NCBI RefSeq assembly: GCF_023055435.1 | Contig: NW_025963879.1 | Location: 13,392,001-13,456,000, forward strand | Direction: 5' to 3' | Length of the DNA: 64,000 bases | From: Haliotis rufescens | Lineage: Eukaryota | Shown here: positions 51,050-64,000 of the stretch, piece by piece | How the letters are laid out: every line of letters starts with the position of its first letter | Numbering within the stretch: the first letter of the stretch is position 1 | Notes under the pieces: model-generated | Told to the model about the DNA's origin: nothing | Databases searched by the model: none | The model's input: only the letters and a program-made list of their open reading frames with translations | Position numbers and translations under genes: made by a program

Positions 51050-51858
51050 GGTGACTGGGTACTCCCAGCGTATTTTTGTAATCGTGTAATTCTTACCTAT
51101 CTAAAAACAACGTAGTTGATCTTACTATTTATTATGTACTGTTAGGTGTCATGAATATTTAGGGATATGGATATTATTTGTAGTGAAGATTGAGAACTGA
51201 AAATATTCTCAAAACTATTCATAAAGCATAACCTGTTTTGTTCAGTCTATATATTTTAAAAAGTACTTGATATTCTTGTAATCGTTGATTTTTTGAAAAT
51301 GGAAACTCATATATGTATATATACAATTTAGTGTGTTATATCGTTTATTTCTTGTGTTTTTCATGATAAACAAAATAGCTGATCTGCTATTTGTAAAAAA
51401 TATTCAAAAGAGGACTATTTGTATGTGTTTTTAAACAAATATACTATTGAGCGTGGTATAACGTTCATTCATATGTTCTTTATAACGATTCATCTGTTGA
51501 TATTTAAAACATTTAATTTTACTGTTTAGTATAGATATTCAGAAGCATATAATAAAGGGTATACATTTAACGTAAATTGTAGCGTGAAATGACTGATTAA
51601 ACTTCAGAATTGAGATAGGTTTGATTTTTTTCCAATAGATCATACAAAATATAACTTACAGAGATATGTTTTGGAAAGTTGTCTGGGTGGGTGAGTGGGT
51701 TGTGTTTTAAGCCGCTTGTGGCAATATTCTAGATATTCCAGCTCAAAAATATGCTTCCAACATTGTACACATGTAGAGATTCGAACCCGATTCTACGACA
51801 TAATGAGCCGGTCTTTAACAGCCATGCTTCAGCACCAGCCCCTTTTTAATAATGATGT

Positions 51859-52103
51859 GACCCGTGAAGATCCGGGTCAGAATATAGGTCTTCAGCAACC
51901 CATGCTTACCGTAAGAGGCGACTAACGGGATCGGGTGGTCAGTCTCGCTGACTTGGTTGATCTATGTCATGGTATCCCAATTGCGTGGATCGATGCTCAT
52001 GATGTCAACCACTGGATTGTCTTGTCCAGACTTGATTATTTACAGACCGCCGTCATATAGCTGGAACATTGCTGAGCGCGGGGATAAACAACAAATAAAC
52101 AAA
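51859..52103 (+). mobile_element. SINE-like family 3, single-hairpin variant
   Basis: Same 5' start. Lacks the internal duplication of the gtcgtaagaggcgac module. TSD tttaat(a/g)atgatgt. Confidence 0.85.
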
Positions 52104-52384
52104 TTTAATGATGATGTACTGGTAATTTTGCCTCACGTTTTAAATATCGGTACAACCAAGTTGCCATAATATTCTTAAAACAACAATCAAACATAATCAT
52201 ATAGGTGTCCTTTAAATTCTTGTCTTAAAAAAAGTCTTTTTTAAACATATTGTTACAGTGCAAACCATTTCAATACTTTTATTTGAAATAGTGCAAACCA
52301 TTTCAATACTTATTTAACATTTCATTTATCTAAATACCTAACTGGTTCAATATGTTTCCGAGTACACCGAAATTCTATACCCTT

Positions 52385-52844
52385 TGTCTGTTTAATATAT
52401 TCAGCAAACATTCGGCGTATCCCCTCTTATCATAAGCCCCCTCCGGGCAGGACCCTTAATCTCCAGCGCTATCTATAAATTTCAATTAACGCCTCCTTAC
52501 GTCGCCGGATGACGTGGGACAATGACCTTGCCACACGTTACGTAATACCTCGCTCTACAAAACCCGACTGGTCAGTCAGGGAGACAGCTAGAAGGTAAGT
52601 GACAGAGCGAGTCTCCACCCACCCGGGAACATTGGCCACTCGGTCCGGTGAGCGTTCTTTCACGTTGTTATCAACATGTGAACAGTATTAAAGAAGTTGT
52701 TATCCATAAACTTGTGTCTATCTTGTACCTTTTCGACTCATTTCGACCTGCATCAATAAACATGGCTGCTGTCGTCTAAACTTCACCCCTGAGTTTTGTC
52801 TTCCGTCATCACCCTGAGCTACCATCCGAGGGCCGACACTTACA
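52385..52844. mobile_element. Solo LTR (460 bp)
   Basis: TGT...ACA ends with 5-bp TSD ccctt. Internal TATAAA and ATTAAA/AATAAA. Related fragment at about 39580-39670. Confidence 0.75.
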
Positions 52845-52989
52845 CCCTTGGACAATATGACAAAATAATATTATTTAGCATTTAATGACCACAGAATATG
52901 TAAAACTATAAGAACTTATCAATAAATTTATTATCTGGCTGTATCTCCTTCCCATCCCCCGTGAACGGGAAACTTGTGAGAAACTGTTG

Positions 52990-53194
52990 GGTGAGTGAGT
53001 TGGATTTAACGCCGCTTTGAACAGTATTCCAGCTATATATCAGCTCAAAGGTGGAGGAAAGCCCGAAGTGATGCAGGTCTCAGACATTATCCGCTTTGAA
53101 GAGACCCATGAGCACGGGTTTGGTGCTGACAGACCTAGAAACATAATCGGAGCGAACCGGAATTCGAACCCACAGTGGGTATCCCGTGGCTCCC
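52990..53194 (-). mobile_element. SINE family 4 with 12-bp TSD
   Basis: TSD gagaaactgttg at 52978 and 53195. Confidence 0.82.
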
Positions 53195-54030
53195 GAGAAA
53201 CTGTTGAACCACTTTGCCTAGTGAATATTGTTACTGCCATATAACACCGCTAGAGCATTTAACATGATTTTCGGAGATTTCAATATTTTCGGTAATGAAA
53301 TGCTTTCCCTGTATGGTTAACATTCCCCCTCTATGTATGCACATATTTGGAACAAGAATGTTTGTATGGTGACATCTCCGACTTTCAGATAAAGGAGTAC
53401 ATCTAAAAATCATTTTGATCAAAACATACATGTAAAACTTTGAAAAGGCTTTTTTGGATAAAATCACAACATAATATAATATAAGATGTTCTTACACTTG
53501 CTGGAATTGGCTTTCAAATACCATAAATTGTTTAATGCGTCATAAGAGATTGCTGGGCAAAAGAAAGTATACACCAATATTTGATGGTGGTTAAATATGA
53601 AGCAACCAAGAAATGGTTAATCGATGGTGGTGTTTAGATGCGGGTATCGTAGCTTTGTTTTTTACCTAAAGTTTGCTTTGTTTCGGCGACTTTTCTCAGT
53701 CTAATAGCGTTTTGATAACGTTTGTAATGTTTTGGTTATATTCAATCTTTAAGTGTATACTCTGTGGTGCCAGTCAGTTCAGTACTATGACATCAATATA
53801 ATGGTTATCAAAACACTGAAACGGATTTTTGTTCAAACATTACACTAAATACGAATTACACTTCTCAAATAACTACTATAATTATTAAATGCATCATAAT
53901 ATAAATAGATGAACAGAACATCATTTTCAGACAGACGGGAAGAAAAAACAAAATAAATTGAGCCCGTTTACAATTGGCCACACACAATAAATGTTCTGAA
54001 AAAGTAATTGTCCGACGGTTTAAAGTAGTA

Positions 54031-54298
54031 TTTGTTTGTTTGTTTGTTGTTTTACGCTCCACTCAGCAATATTCCAGCTATGTGACGGCGGTCTGAAAAT
54101 AATGGAGTATGGACCAGACAATCCAGTGATTAATATCATGAGCATCGATCCACGCAATTGGGACCGATGACATGCATCAACCAAGTCAGCGAGCCTAACC
54201 ACCCGATCCCGTTAGTCGCCTTTTACGACAAGCATAGTCGCTTTTTACGGCAAGCATGGGTTGCCGAAGACCTATTCTAACCCGGATCTTCACGGGTC
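54031..54298 (-). mobile_element. SINE-like family 3
   Basis: Full length; TSD tttaaagtagta. Confidence 0.88.
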
Positions 54299-54903
54299 TT
54301 TAAAGTAGTAAATACAGAGTTTAAATAGAAATCCTGCACTGCCTTTCCCAATCCATCTATCTCTCATCTAAACGTTCTGCCCGTCATTCTGACGTGGGAA
54401 TAGTCGTGATGGACACACTACATTACCCATGTGAGTTGTTCAATACGCAATACCCCGAGGGCTTAACTTAGGTCATCCAGTTCACAACAGACCAGTTTCC
54501 TGAGTAGACACTTACTGTTCACTTCCGAAGTATTTCACGTTAATCGTCCGGCTCTCTGATTCATTGGTACGTCACTTTCAATCATGTGCGTCTGCCATTG
54601 TTATTGACACACACAAAAAATTCAAATTTCACACGCCATATCAAGAAGACGTTATCCATTCTTGACAACTGACATTATTATTGCAGAGCCAAGTTCAGTG
54701 TATGCCCGGCTGTGTTGGTCGTATGCTTAGTTGGAAACAAATAAAAATGTACTACTTTCAACTACTTTCAATACAAAAAATGAAAACATTTTTCCTCTAA
54801 AAATATGCCCAAGAAGAATATATTTTTTTATGCAGCCTATAGTCGTCCTTATTTCATGTAAGTAAGTGAGTTGGGTTTAACGCCGCTTTCAACTGTTATA
54901 TCA

Positions 54904-55183
54904 ACCCGTGAAGATCCGGGGGAGAATAGGTCTTCAGCAACCCATGCTAGCCGTAAAAGGCGACTGTGCTTGTAGTAAGAGGCGACTAACGGGATCGGGT
55001 GGTCAGGCTCGCTGACTTGGTTGATGCACGGCATCGATCCAAATTGCGTGGATCGATGCTCATGTTGTCAATCACTGGATTGCCTGGTCCAGACTCGATT
55101 ACTTACAGACTGCCGTCATAGAGCTGGAATATTGCTGAATGCGGCGTTAAACAGCCAACCAACCAACAAACAAACAAACCAAC
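54904..55183 (+). mobile_element. SINE-like family 3 nested in a family 4 SINE
   Basis: 14-bp TSD caactgttatatca at 54890 and 55184. Confidence 0.9.
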
Positions 55184-56036
55184 CAACTGTTATATCACTG
55201 CGTGTCAGCTTTATGTGGGAGGAAGGCCAGAAGTGATGCACGTTTACCTTTTCGGTGAAACCCAGTAGTAGGGGTATGGGGCTGACAAACATCATCGAGG
55301 CAAAACATATCAGAAAAAAAGAGTCATATATAGGTTTTTGGTCAAAATCAGGTATCAAATTCGATACCTCAAAATCAACATGACTTTACACACAAAACCC
55401 TTGCGTAAGAAAACATCGATCTGTCGACCTACGCATCGATGCATATAACAACGGCTTCCGATAACCCATTAGTGTTGTTCACGTTCGATATTAGATCAAC
55501 GGCTTATCAAGCAGTGTTAAATCTGTTTCAGAAGACACACACACACACACACACACACACTCATCAGTTCATCAGTGCCACACAATCATCGGTCACAAAA
55601 ATAGCAGTATCTCTCGTGTGGTTGTCTGCAGCTATAAACGGCGGTATTCAGCCGTTGGCAATGTGGTTGTGCCAGCAGGCCTGTTTCCTCTGGGTCAGTG
55701 CAAATTGTAACCAGCACTGTCACCGTGAACAAATATTTTTTTCAGCCATGGACAGTTAAGAGCAACAGAAATAAGTCAGGTTAGGCGTGTGGCGATAGTC
55801 ATTTTTTAGCTACTTTTGTTTGGGAATTATTTCAAACCAACTGGTACGTAAAAACAAAATATCTAAAATCTTCCTATTTAATAAACTTTGTTGTAGAAAT
55901 AAAATTAGTTGTGATTTTTTAAAGAATAACACTTTTGTCACTATTTCTACAACCTGTCACCCCTATAATATGTCATGTTGATTTCAAAGAAATTACTTGT
56001 CCCGTTTATTTCCAAGGTATGACTCGGTCCAAGTAG

Positions 56037-56304
56037 CTGGTTGGTTAGTTTGTTGTTTAACGCCGCACTCAGCAATATTCCAGCTATATGACGGCGGTCT
56101 GTAAATAATCGTGTCTGGACCAGACAATCTAGTGATTAATATCATGAGCATCGATCCACGTAATTGGGATCGATGACATGCATCAACCAAGTCAGCGAGC
56201 CTGACCACCCGATCCCGTTAGTCGCCTTTTACAACAAGCATAGTCACCTTTTACGGCAAGTATGGGTTGCTGAAGATCTATTCTACCCCGGAACTTCACG
56301 GGTC
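56037..56304 (-). mobile_element. SINE-like family 3
   Basis: Full length; TSD-like ggtccaag flanks. Confidence 0.85.
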
Positions 56305-59300
56305 GGTCCAAGCAGTGCAAATATGCAACAGGTTGCGATGAGATTAAATATATATGTGTTGAGGGTTATTTCATCAATTCTTTTATTAAAAAAACTTATA
56401 TTGTAACCATTATTTTGAACTAGTCAAGAATAAAATGAAATTATCAAATTATTATTGAATACTGCCAAGTGCGACGTAAAACTACAACCAAACGCAAAAT
56501 ACAAATAATAATGTTTTAAGTTATAAAAATCCTAATGTATGGAAAAGCAAATGTCAGTTCACTCGCTCTCTACCTCACTCATTCAATCATCCTCCGACTT
56601 CATGAAATATAAAACAGGTTCCTCCTCGCGGCCCAGACATCTGACGCCAATACATATGCAACTTTCATGGGCTTCTTGTAAAACGTCACACCACGTGATC
56701 TGTCAACGCTAGACACCTCGAACGCCCGGGGAAATGTATTACCAGACGTTAATAGCCTATCTAAAAATAAAATTGTTCCGCATTAAAAGTATGTAGTGTA
56801 ACGAGAATAATAATATAGGTATTTGAATAATTATAAACTTAGTTAATGTCCTCAAGACTCAAGTGTCGATTTGGCAGTATTTCATGTCGAACATACAGCT
56901 AATAACATTTGATTTAGTACAAGGGAGTCCAATATTAAACAACACACATACATTTCAGCATGGATGTATTCATCAATTACAATCTATCATCCAAAACTGG
57001 CTCCCACATGAGATATCCCTTGGGTGAGATCAAGCGATATCTACACTGTACAATGAAATTATCAATTACAATTTCATATCCAGGATGAAATAACAGCGTC
57101 GTTTCACAAGCCTATGGCGCGGTGTGCGAATCACAATGAGGAAAAACTGACACGAATATCACAGAGGTGGAATTTGGTGTAACACCGCTTTGTTATATCG
57201 CTGCGTATCAACTTAACGTGGAATGAAAGCCCAAAGAGATGCAGGTCTCAGGCGTTTGTGGCTTTGGTGAAGCCCACGAGCACGTGTATGGTGCTGACAA
57301 ACTTATGTTTGGAAACATGTGACGATGGTTTCAACTGTTATCAATAAATACCAATCTGGAACGGATGTAATATGATAGATCACTTTATGAATGTGTGATT
57401 TCCGATAACGAAGTGTTTCCCTTGCTGTATGCGATCATGTTACAAGGGTCACTTCAGAACAATGCGGGCCATACAATATTTCGACTCCACTTTGATTGTG
57501 ATTGGTCAAAATCATCCAATCAGAGTTTCTTTCTTGAAAAGGTCAAAGTCCTACCCAAAGTCATTCCCAGTTCAGGGCCTCAACATGACACATAAACGTT
57601 TTCCGACTCCCTTGCTTGCAATTGAACATTTGGTGCTGTTTAAAGTTAAATTGTTTGTTGTATTGTAATTGCATATTATTTACTCTGAGAATGTACTGTG
57701 CGTAATCGTATAAACGTACTCATACACGTTCCGTGCGAATTCACATACATGTATAGTGCCTATTCATTTAAGCATACAAAAACATGTTCCGTTCGTATAA
57801 TAAGTATCCAAATGACCCCCTCCTTAGTCTAGTGGATAGAGCGTCTGCACGGAGAGTGGAAGGTCCATGGTTTGATACCCGGCCGCGTCATACCAAAAGA
57901 CATTAAAATATTGTACTAACTGACTTGTTGTTACCCTGCCTTGCGATCAACATAAGGTAATACAGATGTGACTTCACTAAACGCGACGATGTGATTTATG
58001 TCGTCACTGATGACGATCCTACTCATGAAATTTGCAAAGTGTGTCGGGAAGGTGAAGAGTCGATTTGTGTGTTCAGTGTACATGTGCTTTGTTGTGCTGT
58101 GCTGTGCAGTTCGCCAAGGAATGGTATTGGCAGAAGGTGAAGTGTTCTTACTGAGACACAAGGGAAAATAACTAAACTGAGGGGCAAAAGAAAGTATACA
58201 CCTGAAAATTGGATTTACCCCAAAATTACTTGGCTGAACACAGTCACCGAAACATTGCAAGCTTAAGGTCCAAGACACATCCATAATAACCGTATAAAAT
58301 ACATCGCCATCGAATATAAATTTCTTGTTTGTTTCATTTTTTGCCAGCATGAAACATGGCTCTATAATTTCTTTTGCCCGGGGGTTAGATTTCTAGAAAA
58401 CACGCGAAATCAAGCCAACAAAAACAAGATCCTGGAGTCAACTGAAGCTTGTTAACGTTGGAGACTGTGTGGTAGTTCCAATGTCACATTTTGACAGAGG
58501 TTGGGCTGATCACGCGAATATCATGGGTATTGTGACAATACTCAAGATAATCAGCACACTATTGCTACAAAAAACAAACAGTTGAATGGTGTATTGTGTA
58601 GGAACCAGTTTGAGCAGGCGTTTAGGAATAGCTATCAAATAGTGATGGTACCAGGTGCTCACGAAAAGGTGAGCGTAACCTGCCCCACCGGTGGCACCCG
58701 TCACAAACGCTTGCAAACGCAAGCCAAACTGGTCACCTGAAAATTAAACGGGATCATATGGTCCAATGAAAAACAGGACATCACTGACATCTGACATCAC
58801 TAATAACATGTGTTCCAGACACAGCCAGCATAAAAACGCACATGTACAACAAATGAATGTTTAAATCGTTTATGAAGATATTATATATTAATCTCTATCA
58901 AAAAAACAAGGTATGGTATTTTAAAAGTTAGACTTGTATAACGTTATCATGATGATAATGTGTTTATTACTATGGGGGTGGCTACTGTTGAAGAACTATC
59001 TGAAGAAAAGAAAATGTCCTTCCTCCTCAACAGCAGCACATGAAGTTATATATTTGCAAGTTTACAGGTATTATTTATCTTAAATATATAAGTACAAAAG
59101 CCATTTTATAACGATGATAAAACTAACTTTAATGTTAAATTACTGTTATAAGTTCACTATAGGAAACTTGAAAAGCACATGGGCCAAAATGGACCACGTG
59201 GTTAATTATTTTACAAACAAGTTTTATAATATTAATATTCCATTTACTAATTTAATATAACTCTAAATGATATCATATATATTATTCAATTTAATTCAGC

Positions 59301-60399
59301 ACCCTAATATAGATATTAATTTCTGACAGAAGCAGATGAAAACAGATTGAAATGTGACCATTCCATACCTGAAGAAAAGAAAATGTCCTTCCTCCTCAAC
59401 AGCAGCACATGAAGTAAGGAGGAGGTCAGGTATGGAAGGAAGCTACCTGTAGGGGACCAGGGTGGCCAATAAGAAGACAGATTGCATTAAGCATCAAAGG
59501 AAGTGCTTAATGCAAGATATAAATAGTTTGAGGGAAACTACAGTCTGCAGGTGTGAAAAATGTCTAAAGATAGACAGAAGGTTGAAGGGGAAGATGTGGT
59601 GAGAGATTCCTAGAGACTGAAAATAAGGGTGTTGAGTTGTTTAAAGAGTTATTGACTGATATTCAACTGTAGACAAGACGAACATTGATTATATAGATGA
59701 TTATGAAGATGGTGTATGAATAATGATATAACTAGGAAGAATATGATAAAGCTCCCCTGCTACATGTTCATTGTAGGAAGTCGTTGCTCAGTCTTTAGGA
59801 TCAGGCCATGAAGCGTGCCCTATCCTCGGATTACTCAAGCAGGGTACAGGTTCCCGGGAATGGGGCAATTGCCTTGCGTAATCCGCGGATTGGGCAGCTC
59901 CTTAAATTACATGTATATGTATGTACATGTATCCTGCTTGTTCGTATAAGCATATAGACACGTCCCCGCGCTTAGCAACACTGATTCAGTATTTGTCTGA
60001 TATCAAGTGCGCAGTTTATGTATATTTTGTGTGACAAGTTGGTGACGTAAGCTTGTCATTCCGGGGCACAAAGTTTAAATGTCTGATAGTCCCAATAATT
60101 TTAATACTTTGCTTTCGGCTGATGTTGCAGAGTCATGGACCTACAAAACGTCAACACTGTTTTGCAACTCAGACACGTGGCCGGATATACCCTGCAGGTG
60201 TTCAGCGAGCGCTTGGTACAGTCATTACCTATTTCCTTCTTGTAGCAGCTCAACCGAACAATTTGACCCCATTTTTGTATTATCAGATCGCCTTTGTTGC
60301 ATTGCATTGTAAACCATTTGAACAGTATTATTCACATCACATGATTTTCACCATAAAATAGCACTCTCTCACGAATTAGAAGCGATCTTGATTGGTAAT

Positions 60400-61670
60400 A
60401 TGAAAAGTGGTTCTTGAAAAGTCAAGCAACAGAAATTGTTTATAGGAGAATTGTGTGTTAATTTGTTAATCATTTATCTGGGAAACCGCAGGTTACCAGA
60501 CCAAGTCCCTGAATTGCAATGGCAAAATCAGATAGACTTCCCCTGAAAGAAGTATTTTGTTCCAATCTGGATTTGGTAAGTCGGGACATAGGCAACACCA
60601 CACATTTCATGTCGACGTTCAAGCAAGATTATACGACTGCCTCATACACAATTGGCATCATTCACTCCCGGATTCAATTTGAATACTATTCCCAGTTCAA
60701 GTCTAAGTTACATGTCAATAAGGCACGCATGATGACTTAGGATGTAATATGCTAAAAGCACGCATCAGCACTATAACATTTTGACTTGTCTCTGAAACCT
60801 GATGACATGTCCATTCCTATTTTGTAGTGGATTCCAAAGATATATAAACATGTATACAAAGAGAGAATTTGTCTTGGATCCACCAAATCCCTTTCTCAAC
60901 GTTTAGTGGAATAAATATCATGTGGATTCTCATTAACTTATTATTATGTCAAAACATTTCATTTTCAACTTTATACACCCCACCATATCACGACAAAAGG
61001 AAGGGAAACTACTTTCCTTGATCCATGAGGCATTTGTCACTATAAGTCGTGACCATTTTTCGTCAAAAATAAAAGCAAACGTTATCTGAAGTTTACGGAG
61101 AAAATGATATGTGAAATGTTGGACTTCGCCTCCTCGATAACATCCGTGCGCAAATTGGGGATAGGACATCTGTCAAGAAGTAGGTACAATGTATATATCC
61201 CCATGGACACCAACTGTGCTCCCATGTTTCTTTATGCATATGAATCAGAATATCTGCTGGTACTGGAAACATCAAATCAAGATAATTTGGCCATGAAGTG
61301 TAAAGACTCAACTTACAGGGTTCAGTTTTAAGCATTTCGATGACTTTTGATCCTTAAAAAACGGTCAAATAGACAATTTCCTTCTACTTAGTGACCTACT
61401 TAAATTAAACTGCCGGGCAAAAGACAGTTTACACCCATGTTTGATGGTGGTAAAATGAAACAAACAGGAAATGTATATTCATGGTGATATATCTGACACG
61501 AGTTTGAAACACATGGTTGTGTTTTGGACCATAAGTTTGCCAAGTTTCTATGACTGTTTTCAGCCTTTTAACGTTTTCACAACGTTTGTAAATCTTTGGT
61601 CAATTCCAATGTTGAAGTGTATTCTTTCTTTTGCCAGCAGTTTCGAAATAAAAGAGACTTTGGAGTCTAC
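60400..61670 (+). mobile_element. Degenerate Penelope-like element RT remnant, interrupted by a MITE at 61407-61643
   Basis: Fragments PIL*WIPK.YK..YKER, IPMDTNCAP.FLYAYESE and EIKET after the MITE resemble PLE RT motifs. Confidence 0.65.
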
Positions 61671-62167
61671 GTTTCACAACCGAGCATGCTCGTTCTTCAA
61701 AGATTAAAACAACTTTTGAGCTAGTGTCGTATGACGTTCTGTGAAAACTTAGTAGAAAGAGCATGCTCGATTACGCCTCGAGGTTGTGAAATGTAGACAC
61801 CAAAGGCTGGAGCTGTTTGAATATTGCTCGACACGAAGGAAAAGGTGATCATTGGAATGTTGAAATCATCCCTCTTGTCATATAGTCTTGTTTTAAGTAA
61901 AGTAATAAGTCATAATAGATATATTGCTTATAATGCCATTCTTATTTTTTAAGTTTTAAGTAAAGTGGAAGACACTTAATGACAGATTTTATTGATCTGG
62001 GTAATACAAAGAATTTCTTGTGAAGGAAACAAAACAAACTTTATTGTTCAATGAGTTTCAATTGTGGAACGGAACATGTTGATTTTCAGTTAAGAACAAG
62101 AAGTATCGATATGCGTCCTGGTTAGAAAGCATCAGCATATGTTGTGTAAATGAGAATTGGTTAATAT

Positions 62168-62508
62168 TTAATTCGCAAACTGCAAAAGTTTAGGAGCGGG
62201 TAGGTACTCCGCTGGAGAACATCGCTCAGTCACGTTGTATATTTTATACAAAGAGTAGTTAAGATCAAATTGACGGGGGCACCATCTGGTTGTAAAGCAT
62301 CGGCCATACTGATTGATGGCAAATACCATGCATCCGGGCAATGAGGAACACTTGTTTGCGCAGTCGCCAAAAGGATTCCCTCTGATCCTTTTGTAACGGG
62401 TTCCTGTAAAACCAGTTCCAACCATTGTCTTCAAGCAGAACTTCCACGACCCCGTGTCTGGTAGAGTCCGGCAATTCAGGGATGAAGACGTTTCCGGGTA
62501 GCAGAGTT
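62168..62508 (-). CDS. Terminal exon of a small Cys-rich, probably secreted protein with a PAN/apple-like domain
   Basis: Acceptor cctttcag, phase 1. Open frame LCYPE...CR...FC...DCANKCSSLPGCMVFAINQYGRCF...WC...RC...FAN*. Minus-strand AATAAA at about 62040 and 61990. Upstream exon(s) not identified. Confidence 0.6.
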
Positions 62509-63269
62509 CTGAAAGGATGACTGTGTCTTTAGAAGTAATTTTAAATGTTTTCTCATGGCAGATTCACATATTGAACAGCACATGTCGTACGATATCACGA
62601 ACTAAATGTCAGCCAATGGTAAAACTATTTAGTGATATTTAGGGATTTACATGTAAAGTCTAAACTTAATTGACAGTGCTACAAACCTATTGCCATCCAT
62701 GTAAATATTATAGCATTAAAAAAAACAAAACTTCAGGTTTATTCCGGGTATTCAGGTTATTCAGTAAAAGTAAATGTAGATAAACATACTTCATTGTACA
62801 CGCACTTCAGATGACAACCCAATCTGGTGATGAAATCATACATGGGTATATCTAATAGTCGGTACAGTAATATTTCGTTTGCGGTGAATAAAACAACATG
62901 TTAAACACTGCATAATCGTATTCACAAAATGAGAAGTTTAAATGCAGTTTGAAACTTTTCTGATTTAAAAATATACAATGATTATATTATTAAACATCAG
63001 GCATGAATAACCAGATGACCAGAAAACCACCGCAAGGACATGGACGTGGTCCTCCCTCAAATCTTAATCTTTGTTAAAGTGTTAGTCGTTTGTTTAAAGA
63101 AGCGTCACAAGTATAATAATAATAATCTATGTATTTGTATAGCGCAGCATTCACTGTGCATAAGTATGCCAGTGAGTGCCAATGTGATGGATGACACCGC
63201 ACATGTTGGTAACATAAAGTGTTTTATAGTTCACACAACTTAATGTCTGAACCCAATAATAATTGCTTT

Positions 63270-63890
63270 TATCATATAATGGGTAGGTTTCTCGGCAGGA
63301 TAAAGCCAACGGATAAAAACGATATCCGTTGGGGTCATATGCGGATAGAGATGCAAATATCAAAGGTCAAGTAGGACTACTTTCACTGTTTATAAACAAA
63401 CATGGCGTCGCCCTCGTCATTCGGCGATCGAGTCAGAATTAACCATCGGAAATCTGGATAAACTACAGGGATAATTGCTATCATTATCAAAAGAACAGCT
63501 AATATACTGAAAATCAGTGTCTAACTGTGACGTAGCTAAGGCAATTTATAAGTTTTGGGAACTTTGGAGATATAAATTTCAAAACAATTTTGCGAGGGCA
63601 CGAGGCCTAGCCAAGCGGGATCAGTAGCCTTATTTGTGCTTGTAGACCTCTGCGGCTTGAAACCTTCTCCACAAATTAAAATAGTTGGATTTGGCCGAAA
63701 TAAGTCTGAATTGTTACCTTGTTTCGATTTGACGCTGTGTGTACATCTGACTACACTTCTTAACGTTATAACAGGACAGACCGACTGTCAACAACGTCTG
63801 GCCGTGACGTCTCATAGACTAGGGTAAGAGTAGCTTCCCTTTGACAAAGGGCAGTTACTATAGCGGACAGACCGATGGAATGCCGCGAAA
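63270..63890. mobile_element. Uninterrupted copy of the dispersed repeat seen at 14030-16915
   Basis: Shared colinear blocks ctcggcaggataaag.caacggataaaaac, ggcgatcga, aagcgggatca, ggatttggccgaaat and agagtagcttccctttga. Confidence 0.75.
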
Positions 63891-64000
63891 GGCAATAGAA
63901 AACAACTGTTGTTTTACGTATATGTTGCTTCGCCACTGTATAAGAAACAGATTTCAGTTGGAACTATATCGGCTACTGTCACTGTCCGACTGACACATCA

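Overview
AT-rich, repeat-dense, intron-containing animal DNA. The SINE/PLE repertoire suggests a mollusc, possibly a gastropod such as abalone (inference only). Two N-gaps lie near 19.8 and 20.8 kb. The core is a four-member cluster of single-coding-exon Toll-like receptor (TLR) paralogues: A (17308-18684, +, intact but no TIR), B (25547-27481, -, full TLR), D (33678-34435, -, deleted pseudogene) and C (42595-44628, -, full TLR). All share a short ectodomain made of a Cys-rich N-terminal block, only 3-4 clear LRRs and an LRRCT. Direct comparison shows a patchwork: C is about 97% identical to A over a 336-bp N-terminal tract and about 98% identical to B over a 445-bp TIR tract, but clearly diverged from both elsewhere. 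This points to domain-scale sequence exchange in a possible paired signalling/decoy receptor cluster, and is the most interesting signal here. Also present: the first two exons of a sarcosine-oxidase-like FAD enzyme, a terminal exon for a small Cys-rich PAN/apple-like protein, two defective Tc1 elements, a defective FLYWCH-MULE nested in another repeat, Gypsy, LINE and Penelope-like remnants, a solo LTR, four SINE-like families, MITEs and large minisatellites. Identity counts were made by eye and should be confirmed by alignment.
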